Source: an uncultured Acidobacteriota bacterium (GTDB lineage Bacteria; Acidobacteriota; Terriglobia; Terriglobales; Acidobacteriaceae). Taken from it: 64,000 bases of DNA. A program made the position numbers and the translations under genes. The stretch covers positions 158,007-222,006 of the forward strand of contig CAWCTA010000025.1 of assembly GCA_963798315.1 (NCBI GenBank), read 5' to 3'. This document shows positions 1 through 10,220 of the stretch, piece by piece; position 1 is the stretch's first letter, and the number at the start of each line of letters is the position of its first letter. The notes below the pieces were generated by a model. That model worked only from the letters and a program-made list of their open reading frames with translations, was not told the origin of the DNA and ran no database searches.

Positions 1-1800
1 GGCGGACTCTACCCTGAACTGGTCAAGAACCGATCATTCGAATTCCAGGAGCCGCTGACCGGCTGGCACGAGGTCCTGGGCATCAGCAGCAAAGGGATCG
101 ACAATCCCAAGGGCGAACTCAGCATCCGGACCGATGACCCGCTCAACCAGTCCAATCCGCACTATCTCCGGGTCCGCGCCTACGAACCCGGATACGCGTT
201 CTATAACACCGGCTTTCGCGGAATCGGGGTGCAAGGCGGCGCCGAGTATCGGTTCTCCGCTTATGTTCGAAGCGGCGGACCGAAAGCTATCCGCGCTACT
301 CTCACAGATGGAAGCGGCCATGAAATCGGAAGTGGAAAGCTGGAAGGATTCGACGGACCCTGGAAGCGATATGAAACCGTCATCCGAGCCAACGCGACCG
401 TGCCGCACGCGCAATTGAACCTCTTCGTTGACGAGGCGGGCCAACTCGATCTCGACATGGTCTCGCTGTTCCCCGTGGACACATGGAAGGGCCGTCCAAA
501 CGGGTTGCGCAAAGACCTGGTCCAATTGCTCTACGATATGCATCCGGGATTTATTCGCTTTCCCGGCGGCTGCATCGTCGAAGGCCGCCAGTTGTTGACG
601 CGCTATCGCTGGAAGACGACCGTCGGGGATATTACCCAGAGGAAAACAATCATCAATCGCTGGAACGATGAATTTGATTACCGGCCGGCGCCGGACTATT
701 TTCAGTCGTTCGGCCTGGGCTTTTATGAGTACTTCCAGTTGGCCGAGGATATTGGCGCGGAGCCGTTGCCCATCCTGAATTGTGGGATGGCCTGCCAGTT
801 CAACACCGACGAGACGGCCGCGCTGGACCAGCTCGACGAATATGTGCACGACGCGCTGGATCTCATCGACTTCGCTAACGGGCCGGCGACTTCACCGTGG
901 GGCAAGCTGCGCGCGCAGATGGGGCATCCCGAGCCGTTTCACCTCAAAATGATGGGGGTGGGCAACGAGCAGTGGGGTCCGCACTACGTGGAGCGCTACA
1001 AGATCTTTGCGGCGGCGTTGAAGGCGGAGCACCCTGAGATCAAGCTGGTTGTCGCGGCCGGGCCGGCGCCCTCTGGCGAGCCGTTCGAGACCATGTGGAG
1101 TAACTGGCGGACGCTTCATGCCGACATCGTCGACGAGCATTACTACATGAGTCCGGAGTGGTTCCTCGCCAACACGGCTCGCTACGATCGCTACGACCGG
1201 AACGGTCCCAAAGTCTTTGCGGGCGAATACGCCGCCCAGACCGTCGGCACGACGAGTTCTGAAAATCGGAATAACTGGAAAGCGGCAGTCTCAGAAGCTG
1301 CCTTCATGACCGGCCTGGAGCGCAACGCCGACGTCGTGCAGATGGCCTCGTATGCGCCGCTGCTGGCCCATGTCGATGCGTGGCAGTGGAAGCCGGACGC
1401 CATCTGGTTCGACAACCTGCGATCGTACGGCACAACGAATTACTTCGTTCAAAAGGTCTTCGCCAATAACGTTGGGACGCGTATCGTTCCTGTCACGCCC
1501 CACGCCGAAGACGGCCTCTATACCAGCGCTTCGATCGACGACCGCACCCACGAACTGATCGTGAAGGCGGTTAACTTCTCGGCCACTCCGAGACAGGCGG
1601 AGATCAGATTGAATGGAGTCAACCCGGCGGGCACAGCGAAGGTGACTACCCTGGCAAGCAATGACCTCAATGCTGAAAACAGCCTGGATCATCCGACGGC
1701 TGTCGCGCCGGAATCTTCGACCATCGAATTGCGATCGGGCGCGATTCCCGTGCAGTTGCGTCCATATTCCGTAACCGTGTATCGCATCCCCGCACAGTAG
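1..1800 (+). CDS. Alpha-L-arabinofuranosidase, GH51 (5'-truncated by window edge)
   Basis: Frame is open from base 1 (GGLYPELVKNRSFEF...). GH51 motifs RFPGGCIVEG, GVGNEQWG, VDEHYY, FAGEYAAQ, MASYAPL. Confidence 0.92.
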   Translation, partial: GGLYPELVKNRSFEFQEPLTGWHEVLGISSKGIDNPKGELSIRTDDPLNQSNPHYLRVRAYEPGYAFYNTGFRGIGVQGGAEYRFSAYVRSGGPKAIRATLTDGSGHEIGSGKLEGFDGPWKRYETVIRANATVPHAQLNLFVDEAGQLDLDMVSLFPVDTWKGRPNGLRKDLVQLLYDMHPGFIRFPGGCIVEGRQLLTRYRWKTTVGDITQRKTIINRWNDEFDYRPAPDYFQSFGLGFYEYFQLAEDIGAEPLPILNCGMACQFNTDETAALDQLDEYVHDALDLIDFANGPATSPWGKLRAQMGHPEPFHLKMMGVGNEQWGPHYVERYKIFAAALKAEHPEIKLVVAAGPAPSGEPFETMWSNWRTLHADIVDEHYYMSPEWFLANTARYDRYDRNGPKVFAGEYAAQTVGTTSSENRNNWKAAVSEAAFMTGLERNADVVQMASYAPLLAHVDAWQWKPDAIWFDNLRSYGTTNYFVQKVFANNVGTRIVPVTPHAEDGLYTSASIDDRTHELIVKAVNFSATPRQAEIRLNGVNPAGTAKVTTLASNDLNAENSLDHPTAVAPESSTIELRSGAIPVQLRPYSVTVYRIPAQ

Positions 1801-1817
1801 CAGGGCGCGAAAGGACA

Positions 1818-3345
1818 CTACTGCGGCGGAACGTGGCCGATGAACTTATCCGCCCATTGGATGAAGTACTTCATGTTCGGCGCGTCGGTGTGCCCCCCGT
1901 CATGCTGACGCCAGGCCAACTGGCCGTCTAGCAATCCGGTGTTCACAGGCGGCATTTGGGCGGTATGGTAATTCCCTTGTACGTCGAAGCCCTTCGCGCC
2001 CAGCAGCGTGAAGACGCGGCTGGCGCCCACCGTGGCCATAAAGCTTCCCTGGTGGTCGAGCCATCTGGCATCACCCTTTTCGGGAATGCCGTAGCTGATG
2101 AACGTAAGCCGTGGCGCGCACAGCGCGATCAGTTCATTGGAATCAACCGGAATGTCGCCGGGATTCTTGCTTCCAAACGTGGCTTCCGACGCGCCGTACT
2201 TCATGAAGTTTCCCGCCATCCAGTAGTACTCGCCTCCGGTAAGGCTCTCCACGGCCTCGCCAAAATTGCGGCGCAGCAGAGTTGCCCCTCCCTTGCCGGA
2301 CGAACCCACCAGTACCATCGCAAAGCGCTGATCAAACGCCATCGTCACCAGGGCCGCTTTGCCGTAGCGCGACACGCCCTCAATTCCCACGTGCCGGGCG
2401 TCGACTGCCGGATCTGCCTCCAGATAGTCGAGCCCTCGTCCCGCACCCCAGGCCCACGCCCGCAGCGCGCCCCAGTCCTCCGGTGTGCGAGGCTGGCCCT
2501 TGTTCACCAGGCCGATGATGCCTCGCGTCAGTCCGGCGCCGTCATCCGCCTGCACGCTGGCGGGATCAAACAGGACGAAACCCCATCCCGCCGCAATCAG
2601 CTGCCAGGTATTGGGCAGATCGCCGTCTTCGTTCAACTGCGGCGGCTGAAAGGGCGTGGCCTTCACCGGCTCCCAGGCCGGATGCTGCGCGAACACATCC
2701 TTGAGCGAAGCGTCCTGCTGAATGAGCAGCGCTTTCATCGCCTGGTTGATGCGGTCCAGGTCATCGCCGCGCGGCTCATTGGGCGCCGGGAAACCAGCGC
2801 GGCCAAACATCATCAACACGGGAACGGGGCCGGTCGCGCGCGCCGGCGTCACCAGCGTCATGTGGATCTTCACCTTGATGGCCGGGTATGACGCGTTGTC
2901 CACCTCGCCCACCAGGTCTTTCGCGGTCACCGGCGTGAACCCCAGGAATTCGTGATCGACCGCCGTCACCGTCCACGTCACCTTGGGAACATGATTCGGC
3001 ACTCGACCGTACACGTACTTCTCATAACATTTCCACGATTTCCGGCCGCCGCTTGTCCCACCACATCTGCGGGGTGGTCACCTTTTGGCCGTCATTCATG
3101 GTGAGAGGGTCGGGAAGATCGGGATAAGGATTGGCTTTAGCCTCATCGTAATTGGCGTGATTCGGCGCCTTCTCGTTTCCGCTCGGGCCCGGTCGCAGCG
3201 CCTTGATGCCCAGTTGGTTCATCATGTTCTGATGATCCTGCTCGGTGGCGTCGGCCGCGGCGCTCTGGGCCGAAACGCGGATGAGTCCGAAGACGAAACA
3301 CGTCATAAGAAGAAGAGCGGCAGGCGACTTCGAAAGAACAGGCAC
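1818..3345 (-). pseudogene. CE15-like (glucuronoyl/acetylxylan) esterase, frameshifted as sequenced by one extra base near 3025
   Basis: ORFs 3022-3669 and 1818-3014 join as ...RRPEIVEM(F)EKYVYGRVP if base 3025 is removed (GTG start 3345 after GAGG; 1527 nt, in frame). Nucleophile motif GVSRYGKAA, C-terminal HDGGH, signal peptide. Confidence 0.8.
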
Positions 3346-3416
3346 GGAAACCTCACGTGGGTGATATGCTGGCTTCGCTGAAAAGCGATTTACTACGGGG
3401 CAATGGTACATCTTCG

Positions 3417-4679
3417 ATGAAGGTGCGCGCAGTGAAATTCGCAACGGCTCTGGTCCTCCTTGTGGCCCTCGGCGGTGTTGCGATTCATTCGCACGCCCAG
3501 CCCGGAACCCAGGCGCAGCGCAAATGGATCGCCACGTGGGGAGCTTCGCAGCAGGTTCCCGAACCGCAGAATGCTTTGCCCGTTGAGGACCTGCGCGACG
3601 CAACTGTGCGCCAGGTCTTTCACCTTTCCCTCGGAGGCCCGTCCGTGCGAGTGCATCTCTCGAATGCATTCGGAACCGAGGCCCTGCACATCACCTCCGT
3701 GCACATCGCGCGGACCCTCGCCGCCGCTTCAGCAGCAATCGACCCGGCAACGGACAAGTCGCTCACCTTCGCGGGCAGCGTTGACGTCACGATCCCGCCT
3801 GGCGCCGAATTCGTCTCGGATCCAGTGGACTATCCAGTACCCGCGCTCTCCGACCTCGCCGTGACATTTCACCTGGAAACACCGCCGGCACGACAGACAG
3901 GTCATCCCGGTTCTCGCACTACTTCTTATTATGTCCACGGTGACCAGGTTGCTGTGCCCTCGCTCCCAGAACCGAAGCGCGTGGATCATTGGTACCAGGT
4001 GTCTGAAATCGATGTGCTCGCCCCACCCGATGCTGCGTCCGTGGTTGCGCTCGGGGACTCCATCACGGACGGCCACGGTGCCACCACAAACGGGAACGAC
4101 CGCTGGACCGACGTGCTCGCGACACGGCTGCAGGCCTCCGCAACCACGCGCAGCATCGGCGTCTCGAACCAGGGAATCGGCGGCAATCATCTGCTCACCG
4201 ATGGACTCGGGCCCAACGTGCTGTCGCGCTTTGACCGCGACGTGCTTGGTCCCGCGGGCGTGCATTGGCTTATTGTCTTTGAAGGAGTGAATGACCTGGG
4301 AGGACTGGCACGGAACGGTGAAGTGAGTCCGTCCGAACACAAGGCGATGGTTCAGCGCGTTGTTGCCGCTTACCAGCAGATCATCGTTCGCGCGCATGCG
4401 CACGGGCTGCGGGTCTTCGGAGCGACCATCACTCCGTACACGGATTCAAACTACTACCATCCCGGGCCGCTCAGCGAAGCCGACCGCCGGTCCGTCAACG
4501 AATGGATTCGCGCCGCCGGACACTTTGATGCGGTCATCGATTTCGACCGTGTCGTCGCCGATCCCCAGCATCCCGATCATCTGCTGCCCGCCTACGATTG
4601 CGGCGACCACCTCCATCCGTCGCCTGCGGGGTACAAGGCGATGGCTGATGCGATTTCCCTCAGCCTCTTTGCACAGTGA
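3417..4679 (+). CDS. Secreted SGNH/GDSL hydrolase (esterase)
   Basis: Signal peptide MKVRAVKF...; blocks LGDSITDG, NQGIGGN, FEGVND, DHLHP. Confidence 0.9.
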   Translation: MKVRAVKFATALVLLVALGGVAIHSHAQPGTQAQRKWIATWGASQQVPEPQNALPVEDLRDATVRQVFHLSLGGPSVRVHLSNAFGTEALHITSVHIARTLAAASAAIDPATDKSLTFAGSVDVTIPPGAEFVSDPVDYPVPALSDLAVTFHLETPPARQTGHPGSRTTSYYVHGDQVAVPSLPEPKRVDHWYQVSEIDVLAPPDAASVVALGDSITDGHGATTNGNDRWTDVLATRLQASATTRSIGVSNQGIGGNHLLTDGLGPNVLSRFDRDVLGPAGVHWLIVFEGVNDLGGLARNGEVSPSEHKAMVQRVVAAYQQIIVRAHAHGLRVFGATITPYTDSNYYHPGPLSEADRRSVNEWIRAAGHFDAVIDFDRVVADPQHPDHLLPAYDCGDHLHPSPAGYKAMADAISLSLFAQ

Positions 4680-4821
4680 GTCCCGGACGCCGCTGGGCCC
4701 AGGCCATGTTTGAGATGCGTGAGGCCGGCGGTGTATCCTCATTCGTTCCGTAAAAGCCGGAAGATGAGGGCGAGGAAGATTTCGCTGAACCTCGGAAACA
4801 TCAACGAGTAAGGGAGTCCGT

Positions 4822-7401
4822 ATGCGAAGCATCGTTTGCTGCACACCAGGGTCCATGAATCGGCGCGCGTTCGCCGTTGTCGCGTCATTGCTATTTTCAG
4901 CCCTGTTCGCGGCCGCGCAAGGCCCGCACACGCTGACGAGTGCTGAGAAACAGCGCGTCGATGATCTTGTCAAATCGATGACCCTGCAGCAAAAGCTGGA
5001 CTACATCGGCGGTACTGGCTTCGCAGTTCGTCCCGTACCGGAGTTGAAGATCCCGTCGATCGAGATGTCGGACGGCCCCTACGGGGTCCGATCGAATTTC
5101 GGATTCCCCTCGACGACACTCGCCGTCGGAATCTCGCTCGCGGCTTCATGGGACCGCTCGCTCGCGGCTGACGCCGGAGCCGCGATCGGCCGCGACGCGC
5201 GCGCACGCGGAGTCCACTTCATGCTCGGTCCCGGCGTGAACATCTACCGCTCGCCGCGCAATGGCCGCAACTTTGAATATTTCGGCGAAGATCCGTTCCT
5301 CGCCGGGGCGATCGCGGTGGGCTACATCAGTGGCATGCAGCAACAAGGTGTCAGTGCCACCGTCAAGCACTACCTTGGAAACAACAGCGAATTCCTGAGG
5401 CACGATTCCGATACCATCGTCGACGACCGTACCGTCCGCGAGATCTATCTGCCGGCCTTCGAAGCGGCCGTGAAGCAAGCTCATGTCGGCGCAGTGATGG
5501 ACTCCTACAACCTGATCAACGGCGAGCACGCGACGCAGAACAGTCACTTCAACATCGACGTCCTGCGCAAGGATTGGGGATTCCAGGGCGTGTTGATGTC
5601 GGACTGGGATGCGACCTATGACGCGATGGGCCCGGCCAACGCCGGCCTCGACATCGAGATGCCCACCGGCAAGTTCATGAACAGTAAAAACCTGAAGCCA
5701 CTCATCGATGCCGGCAAAGTGAGTGAAGCCACCATCGACGAAAAGGTCCGGCACATACTTGCCACCGCAATGTCGTTCGGCTGGCTCGATCGTGAACAGA
5801 AAGACATCGGCCAGTCGGTCGTCGATGCGCGCAACACGGCTACAGCACTGCAAACCGCACGCGAAGGAGTGGTCCTGCTCAAGAACGATAGCGGCCTGTT
5901 GCCCCTCGATCGCGCCAAAGTCAAAACCATTCTCGTTGTCGGTCCGGATGCTTATCCCGCGGTGCCGGTCGGCGGCGGAAGCGCCGGTGTCGTGCCCTTT
6001 TACAGCGTGAGCAGCTTCCTTGGGGTTGCCGATGCGGCCGGGGGCGGCACTGCCGTCCTGTATGATCCCGGCCTGCCGACAATGAACCAGCTGACGAACG
6101 CCACAGCGTGGACGACCGCCGCTTCCAACGGCCAGCGGGGCGTGACAATCGACACCTTCGCAAACGCCGATTTATCCGGCTCGCCCACAACCACAACCGC
6201 TCCCCACATGAAGCTCGATGGCTTGAGCATCAAGCTGTTGATGGAAGACATCGAGAGCGCGATGGCGATCTTCATGTCCGGGCCGAAGCCTGCGTCGCAT
6301 CGCCTGACTGGCTACTTTACGCCGCCGAAGGCCGGGAAATATATCGTGGTCGTGGAAGGGTCCGGAGAGGGCGCCGGATTCCGCGTCTCAATCGACGACA
6401 AAGTGGTCTTCGACTGTTGGAGCCTGGTCCGGGCGTTTCAGCCGCACGTGACCGTGGATCTGTCAGCCGGACCGCACAAGGTGGTTGTGGAGCACACGCA
6501 GACCTCGCCGATCGGCGGCCATCTGGCGCTCGGAATTGTGCCGGAAGACAAAGTCGTGAACACGCAGGCGATCGCGATGGCCGCCAAGGCGGATGTCGTG
6601 CTCGTCCAGGCCGGTTTCGCGCAGGAGAGTGAGAGCGAAGGCGGTGACCGCACATTTTCATTGCCCTACGGCCAGGATGAGCTGATCGCGGCCATGGCGA
6701 AAGCCAACCCTAAAACCATCGTCGCAGTTACGTCCGGCGGCAACGTCGATTCCCGCGCCTGGCTATCGACTGTCCCGGCATTGCTGGAAACATGGTATGG
6801 CGGCCAGGCGGGGGGCCGGGCGCTGGCCGAAATCCTCTTCGGCGAAGTTGACCCCTCCGGCCATTTGCCTGTGACCTTTGAACGCAATCCCGAAGACAAC
6901 CCCACATTCGCTAACTATTACCCCGAAGAAGGACAAAAGAAGGTCTCCTACAAGGAAGGCATCTTTGTCGGCTATCGCGGCTATGAGAAAAACAAGATCA
7001 CGCCCCTGTTCCCCTTCGGCTTTGGACTTTCCTATACAACATTCAAGTTCTCTGCCCTGAAGGTGACTCCCTCACAAGATCGCGCAACGGCTACCGTGAC
7101 CTTTGACTTGACCAACGTCGGGTCCCGTGAGGGGGCCGACGTCGCCCAGGTGTACGTCACCGAAAATCAACCGAAGGTCGAGCGTCCGGACCATGAGTTG
7201 AAGGGCTTCGAGAGAGTCGATCTCAAGCCCGGTGAGACGAAGCATGTCTCCATCAACCTTGATGAACGGGCCTTCTCGTTTTTCGACACCCACTCGAACG
7301 CGTGGTCGATCGGCAGCGATAAGTTCACCATCTCGGTCGGTGATTCAGTCGCGTCGCTTCCGCTCAAGGCTGAGTTGCAGTTGAATCACAGCGCTCATTA
7401 A
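4822..7401 (+). CDS. Beta-glucosidase/xylosidase, GH3, with PA14-like insert and C-terminal Fn3-like domain
   Basis: SDGPYG, GRNFEYFGEDP, VKHY, VMDSYN, LMSDW, ESEGGDR, YKEGIFVGYR, FPFGFGLSYT; AAGGGAG RBS before 4822. Confidence 0.92.
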   Translation: MRSIVCCTPGSMNRRAFAVVASLLFSALFAAAQGPHTLTSAEKQRVDDLVKSMTLQQKLDYIGGTGFAVRPVPELKIPSIEMSDGPYGVRSNFGFPSTTLAVGISLAASWDRSLAADAGAAIGRDARARGVHFMLGPGVNIYRSPRNGRNFEYFGEDPFLAGAIAVGYISGMQQQGVSATVKHYLGNNSEFLRHDSDTIVDDRTVREIYLPAFEAAVKQAHVGAVMDSYNLINGEHATQNSHFNIDVLRKDWGFQGVLMSDWDATYDAMGPANAGLDIEMPTGKFMNSKNLKPLIDAGKVSEATIDEKVRHILATAMSFGWLDREQKDIGQSVVDARNTATALQTAREGVVLLKNDSGLLPLDRAKVKTILVVGPDAYPAVPVGGGSAGVVPFYSVSSFLGVADAAGGGTAVLYDPGLPTMNQLTNATAWTTAASNGQRGVTIDTFANADLSGSPTTTTAPHMKLDGLSIKLLMEDIESAMAIFMSGPKPASHRLTGYFTPPKAGKYIVVVEGSGEGAGFRVSIDDKVVFDCWSLVRAFQPHVTVDLSAGPHKVVVEHTQTSPIGGHLALGIVPEDKVVNTQAIAMAAKADVVLVQAGFAQESESEGGDRTFSLPYGQDELIAAMAKANPKTIVAVTSGGNVDSRAWLSTVPALLETWYGGQAGGRALAEILFGEVDPSGHLPVTFERNPEDNPTFANYYPEEGQKKVSYKEGIFVGYRGYEKNKITPLFPFGFGLSYTTFKFSALKVTPSQDRATATVTFDLTNVGSREGADVAQVYVTENQPKVERPDHELKGFERVDLKPGETKHVSINLDERAFSFFDTHSNAWSIGSDKFTISVGDSVASLPLKAELQLNHSAH

Positions 7402-7432
7402 GCGGTGCGAAGATGCAATCGCCGCAGTGGGC

Positions 7433-8503
7433 TCACTTGGCCATCGAGGATGAGGTAGTCCCGGGCGCGGGCAGAGCTGCAATCTGTTCCATCGGCAGTT
7501 CCAGGGAGAAGACCGCGGCGTCCCCCTGCTGCGCGTGCACCCAGATTCCGTGAAAGGCGTCGTGCAATTCAGGGTGCAGGGCGAGAATTGAGGTCATCAC
7601 GTCAATCACCTGCTTGCGCGCCGACGGCGGATCGCGCAACTGACTTGCCTGGGTCGCATTCGGGGCGTAGGTGACCTCGAGATCGAGCGGACCAAGCGCT
7701 GAAGTGGTGTCGATCCCGGTGACCTGGTATGTGGAACCGTTCGCGGTCACCATCAAGGGCTTGGCCCCGGGAATATTGTCCGGCCGAACCTGGTCGGTTT
7801 CATGTTGCAGTTTCTGAAGATTGGCGCTGGTCAGGAAATCGACGGGATCCAGCAGGTTCGCGGCCATCCGATAGTAGAACCACGCATTCCAGTTCATCTT
7901 CTTCTGCGCGAACGTGCGCGCTGATTCCCAATACCAGAGCCCATTATGACCAGCATCCACCATGGGCCTCGCAAAGAATCCGGCCAGCATCCAGCGAGTT
8001 CCGGCTGTCTTTGAAAGCACCAGCGAAATCTGTTGGGGCTTGGGTACTCCTGTGGCGTGCACAATGGCCAACGCGTAGGTGCCGGGAGGCAGGCCGTTGA
8101 AGTTCAGCACCACCACCGGGGTTCCGCAGTAGAAATCGGTTCGAGCCGCGCCGGGAGCGTCGCTGGACGCATCAAGAAAGTAGAGGTTGTAGATGGTGAT
8201 CGTCGCCTGCTGGACCAGGGGCTTGAGGACCTGCACCGAAGAGGCTATCCCGGCGAAATCGGCCGCCACGGCGGGTATCGTGTTTGTCTGCAGATTCTGC
8301 ACATCACCACTCTGCACCGCGCTCATCAGCTGATGAGCGGCATTGGACAGCGCATCCCGCTCCACCACAGTCATCTGCGACTCCGTCTTGCAGGCGGTCG
8401 CGTTGGCGCTCAATACCCACTGCGAACAGACGCAGACGAGGAGAAATACCCCCAGGGCAGATCGCCGATTCATGCATCTTGAGATCATGGCCGGAGCCTT
8501 CAT
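7433..8503 (-). CDS. Secreted hypothetical protein
   Basis: 356-aa ORF with signal-peptide-like N-terminus (MNRRSALGVFLLVCVC...) and globular composition; family not recognised. Confidence 0.7.
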   Translation of the reverse strand: MKAPAMISRCMNRRSALGVFLLVCVCSQWVLSANATACKTESQMTVVERDALSNAAHQLMSAVQSGDVQNLQTNTIPAVAADFAGIASSVQVLKPLVQQATITIYNLYFLDASSDAPGAARTDFYCGTPVVVLNFNGLPPGTYALAIVHATGVPKPQQISLVLSKTAGTRWMLAGFFARPMVDAGHNGLWYWESARTFAQKKMNWNAWFYYRMAANLLDPVDFLTSANLQKLQHETDQVRPDNIPGAKPLMVTANGSTYQVTGIDTTSALGPLDLEVTYAPNATQASQLRDPPSARKQVIDVMTSILALHPELHDAFHGIWVHAQQGDAAVFSLELPMEQIAALPAPGTTSSSMAK

Positions 8504-8552
8504 AGTGCGGTGATTTGACCGGCGGAGCCCGAAAATCCGCCAGCATGCGTAG

Positions 8553-9269
8553 TTAGATGCTGATTGATGCTTCCATAAAATCTTCAGAACGGGACGTCGC
8601 CCGACCCGAAAGCGCCATTAGGGTCCGCTCGACAATTCGCTGCGTAACTTCCTGCACTGTCATGGGAGCAATCACCGTGATGCCACCGATACGCCTTGCC
8701 AGGGTTAAATATGCCTGACGGTTCTCATGAATAAAATCGAGGGGATACTCGGGCTTGCGCGAGCGTGCCTGGAGGGGATCTGCATCCAGCAGGTAGCTGA
8801 TGTGGGGTTTGGGCACAAAGGCCACGAGCATCCGGATATAGGCTCGGACAATCGGATTCCGCAGATTAAGATTCGCCAACTCGTCCCAGGTATACCGATC
8901 GAAGATGACGACATCGGCGTCGGACCGGAGCGCCTTCTTTACCACTTGCCGCAACGAGACTGCATCCACGAAATAGAGAAAGAACCGGATGCATGTCATG
9001 GCTCCGGATCGCACATTCTTGTCGCGGCGGTTGATAGGCGCCGATGGGCTTCCGATTCCCTTGTCACCTTTGAAAATCGTGTGTCCCGAGGCTTCGCGGA
9101 TTCCTTTCAGGCGCGCCACATCATCCCAGAACCGGATCACCCGGACGCGCAGACCGTCCGTGGCGAGGCGCGTCAAAAGAGCCTCAATCTGCGTGCTCTT
9201 TCCGGCACCGTCGATACCAGAGAAACTCACCAGGAGAGTTCGATTGTTTTCTCTGCGTCCAGCCATCAC
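8553..9269 (-). CDS. Thymidylate-kinase-like P-loop kinase
   Basis: P-loop FSGIDGAGKSTQ and FDRY motif; the usual REPG motif is replaced by RFWDD. Confidence 0.8.
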   Translation of the reverse strand: MMAGRRENNRTLLVSFSGIDGAGKSTQIEALLTRLATDGLRVRVIRFWDDVARLKGIREASGHTIFKGDKGIGSPSAPINRRDKNVRSGAMTCIRFFLYFVDAVSLRQVVKKALRSDADVVIFDRYTWDELANLNLRNPIVRAYIRMLVAFVPKPHISYLLDADPLQARSRKPEYPLDFIHENRQAYLTLARRIGGITVIAPMTVQEVTQRIVERTLMALSGRATSRSEDFMEASISI

Positions 9270-9290
9270 GAGACTCCGGTTTGTCTCAAC

Positions 9291-9785
9291 TCATTGTGGG
9301 TGGCTTGAGCTGCCATGCGAGAGGGCAGCGACCGATCCGACAGCCACTCCCGCTGCTACGATCACGCCTACACTGATAAGAATGGTTCGCACGCGCCGCT
9401 GCTTCGCCGGTGCAATCGCCGCTCCCGCAGGCCGCGACGCGGCTATGCCCATCGTCTTTTCGTAGGGAGCCGCGGCCGTGCCAACCGGTTGCGCAGGTCC
9501 TTGCTGCTGTTGACTCGAACTGCTTTGCGAAGAGCCGTCTCGTACACCCTGGGGTTCAGCCTGCGGACTCGCCGGCTCTGGAGAATCCGGAAGCGCGTTC
9601 GTGGCGATGATCGAACCGGTGGCAGGCTCTCCGGGTGGCCCCTCTGGCGATGGAGCGTTTGACGCACTTTTTTTTGCAACCGCTTGCTGCGCTGCAGCCG
9701 TCCCAATCTCGCTGGAGGGGAACATCAGACACAGCACCAGGCAGGCAGCAACTTGTCTGAATACCCAGCTATTTAAGGATCTCAT
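9291..9785 (-). CDS. Hypothetical protein with signal peptide, low-complexity linker and C-terminal TM helix
   Basis: Hydrophobic N-terminus, Pro/Gln/Ser-rich middle, RTILISVGVIVAAGVAVG helix; GGAGG RBS upstream. Confidence 0.65.
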   Translation of the reverse strand: MRSLNSWVFRQVAACLVLCLMFPSSEIGTAAAQQAVAKKSASNAPSPEGPPGEPATGSIIATNALPDSPEPASPQAEPQGVRDGSSQSSSSQQQQGPAQPVGTAAAPYEKTMGIAASRPAGAAIAPAKQRRVRTILISVGVIVAAGVAVGSVAALSHGSSSHPQ

Positions 9786-9821
9786 CTTGTCCTCCAGATC
9801 CTGCGCGTTGGAATCGCTGCC

Positions 9822-10220
9822 TTAGGCCGCTGACTCGGACATCTGATCGGAATCGTGCGCTTCGCGCGCGTACGATTCCGGCTCGAAACGGGGTCTGAAG
9901 AAGCTGTTGACCGCTTCCGACTGCGTCTCGTAGATCTCGAACAGCCGATCGACCCGGGTCAGTTCCAGAATTTTTTCGATCGACGGCGGCACCGCGGCGA
10001 GCCTCACATCGCCATTGCGCTTCATTGCTTCTTCGAGGCAACACAGGAGCATATGAATCGCACGCTTATCCATCTCGCGAACCTTCGCATAATCGAGCAC
10101 GATACAGGGTCGCTCGATCTTGATGCGGCTCTGCAGATCTGCAAAGAAGAGTCGACCTTCCTTCATCTTTAATTTTTCTGGCAACTGGGCCACAGTTACT
10201 GTGCACGGTCGAATTCTCAT
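9822..10220 (-). CDS. STAS domain protein (anti-sigma-factor-antagonist-like)
   Basis: IVLDYAKVREMD...GDVRLAAVPPSIEKILELTRVDRLFEIYET matches the STAS C-terminal pattern. Confidence 0.8.
   Translation of the reverse strand: MRIRPCTVTVAQLPEKLKMKEGRLFFADLQSRIKIERPCIVLDYAKVREMDKRAIHMLLCCLEEAMKRNGDVRLAAVPPSIEKILELTRVDRLFEIYETQSEAVNSFFRPRFEPESYAREAHDSDQMSESAA

Noticed and set aside
3022-3024. In-frame TGA as possible selenocysteine or readthrough
   Set aside because: The downstream coding sequence is in a different frame, so this is a frameshift, not readthrough.
4737-4769. Hairpin CCTCAT-TTCCG/CGGAA-ATGAGG upstream of the GH3 gene
   Set aside because: Short, no U-tract and no recognised motif; insufficient support.
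8553-9269. Calling this gene the housekeeping tmk
   Set aside because: It lacks the REPG motif and the usual holB context, so no gene symbol was given.
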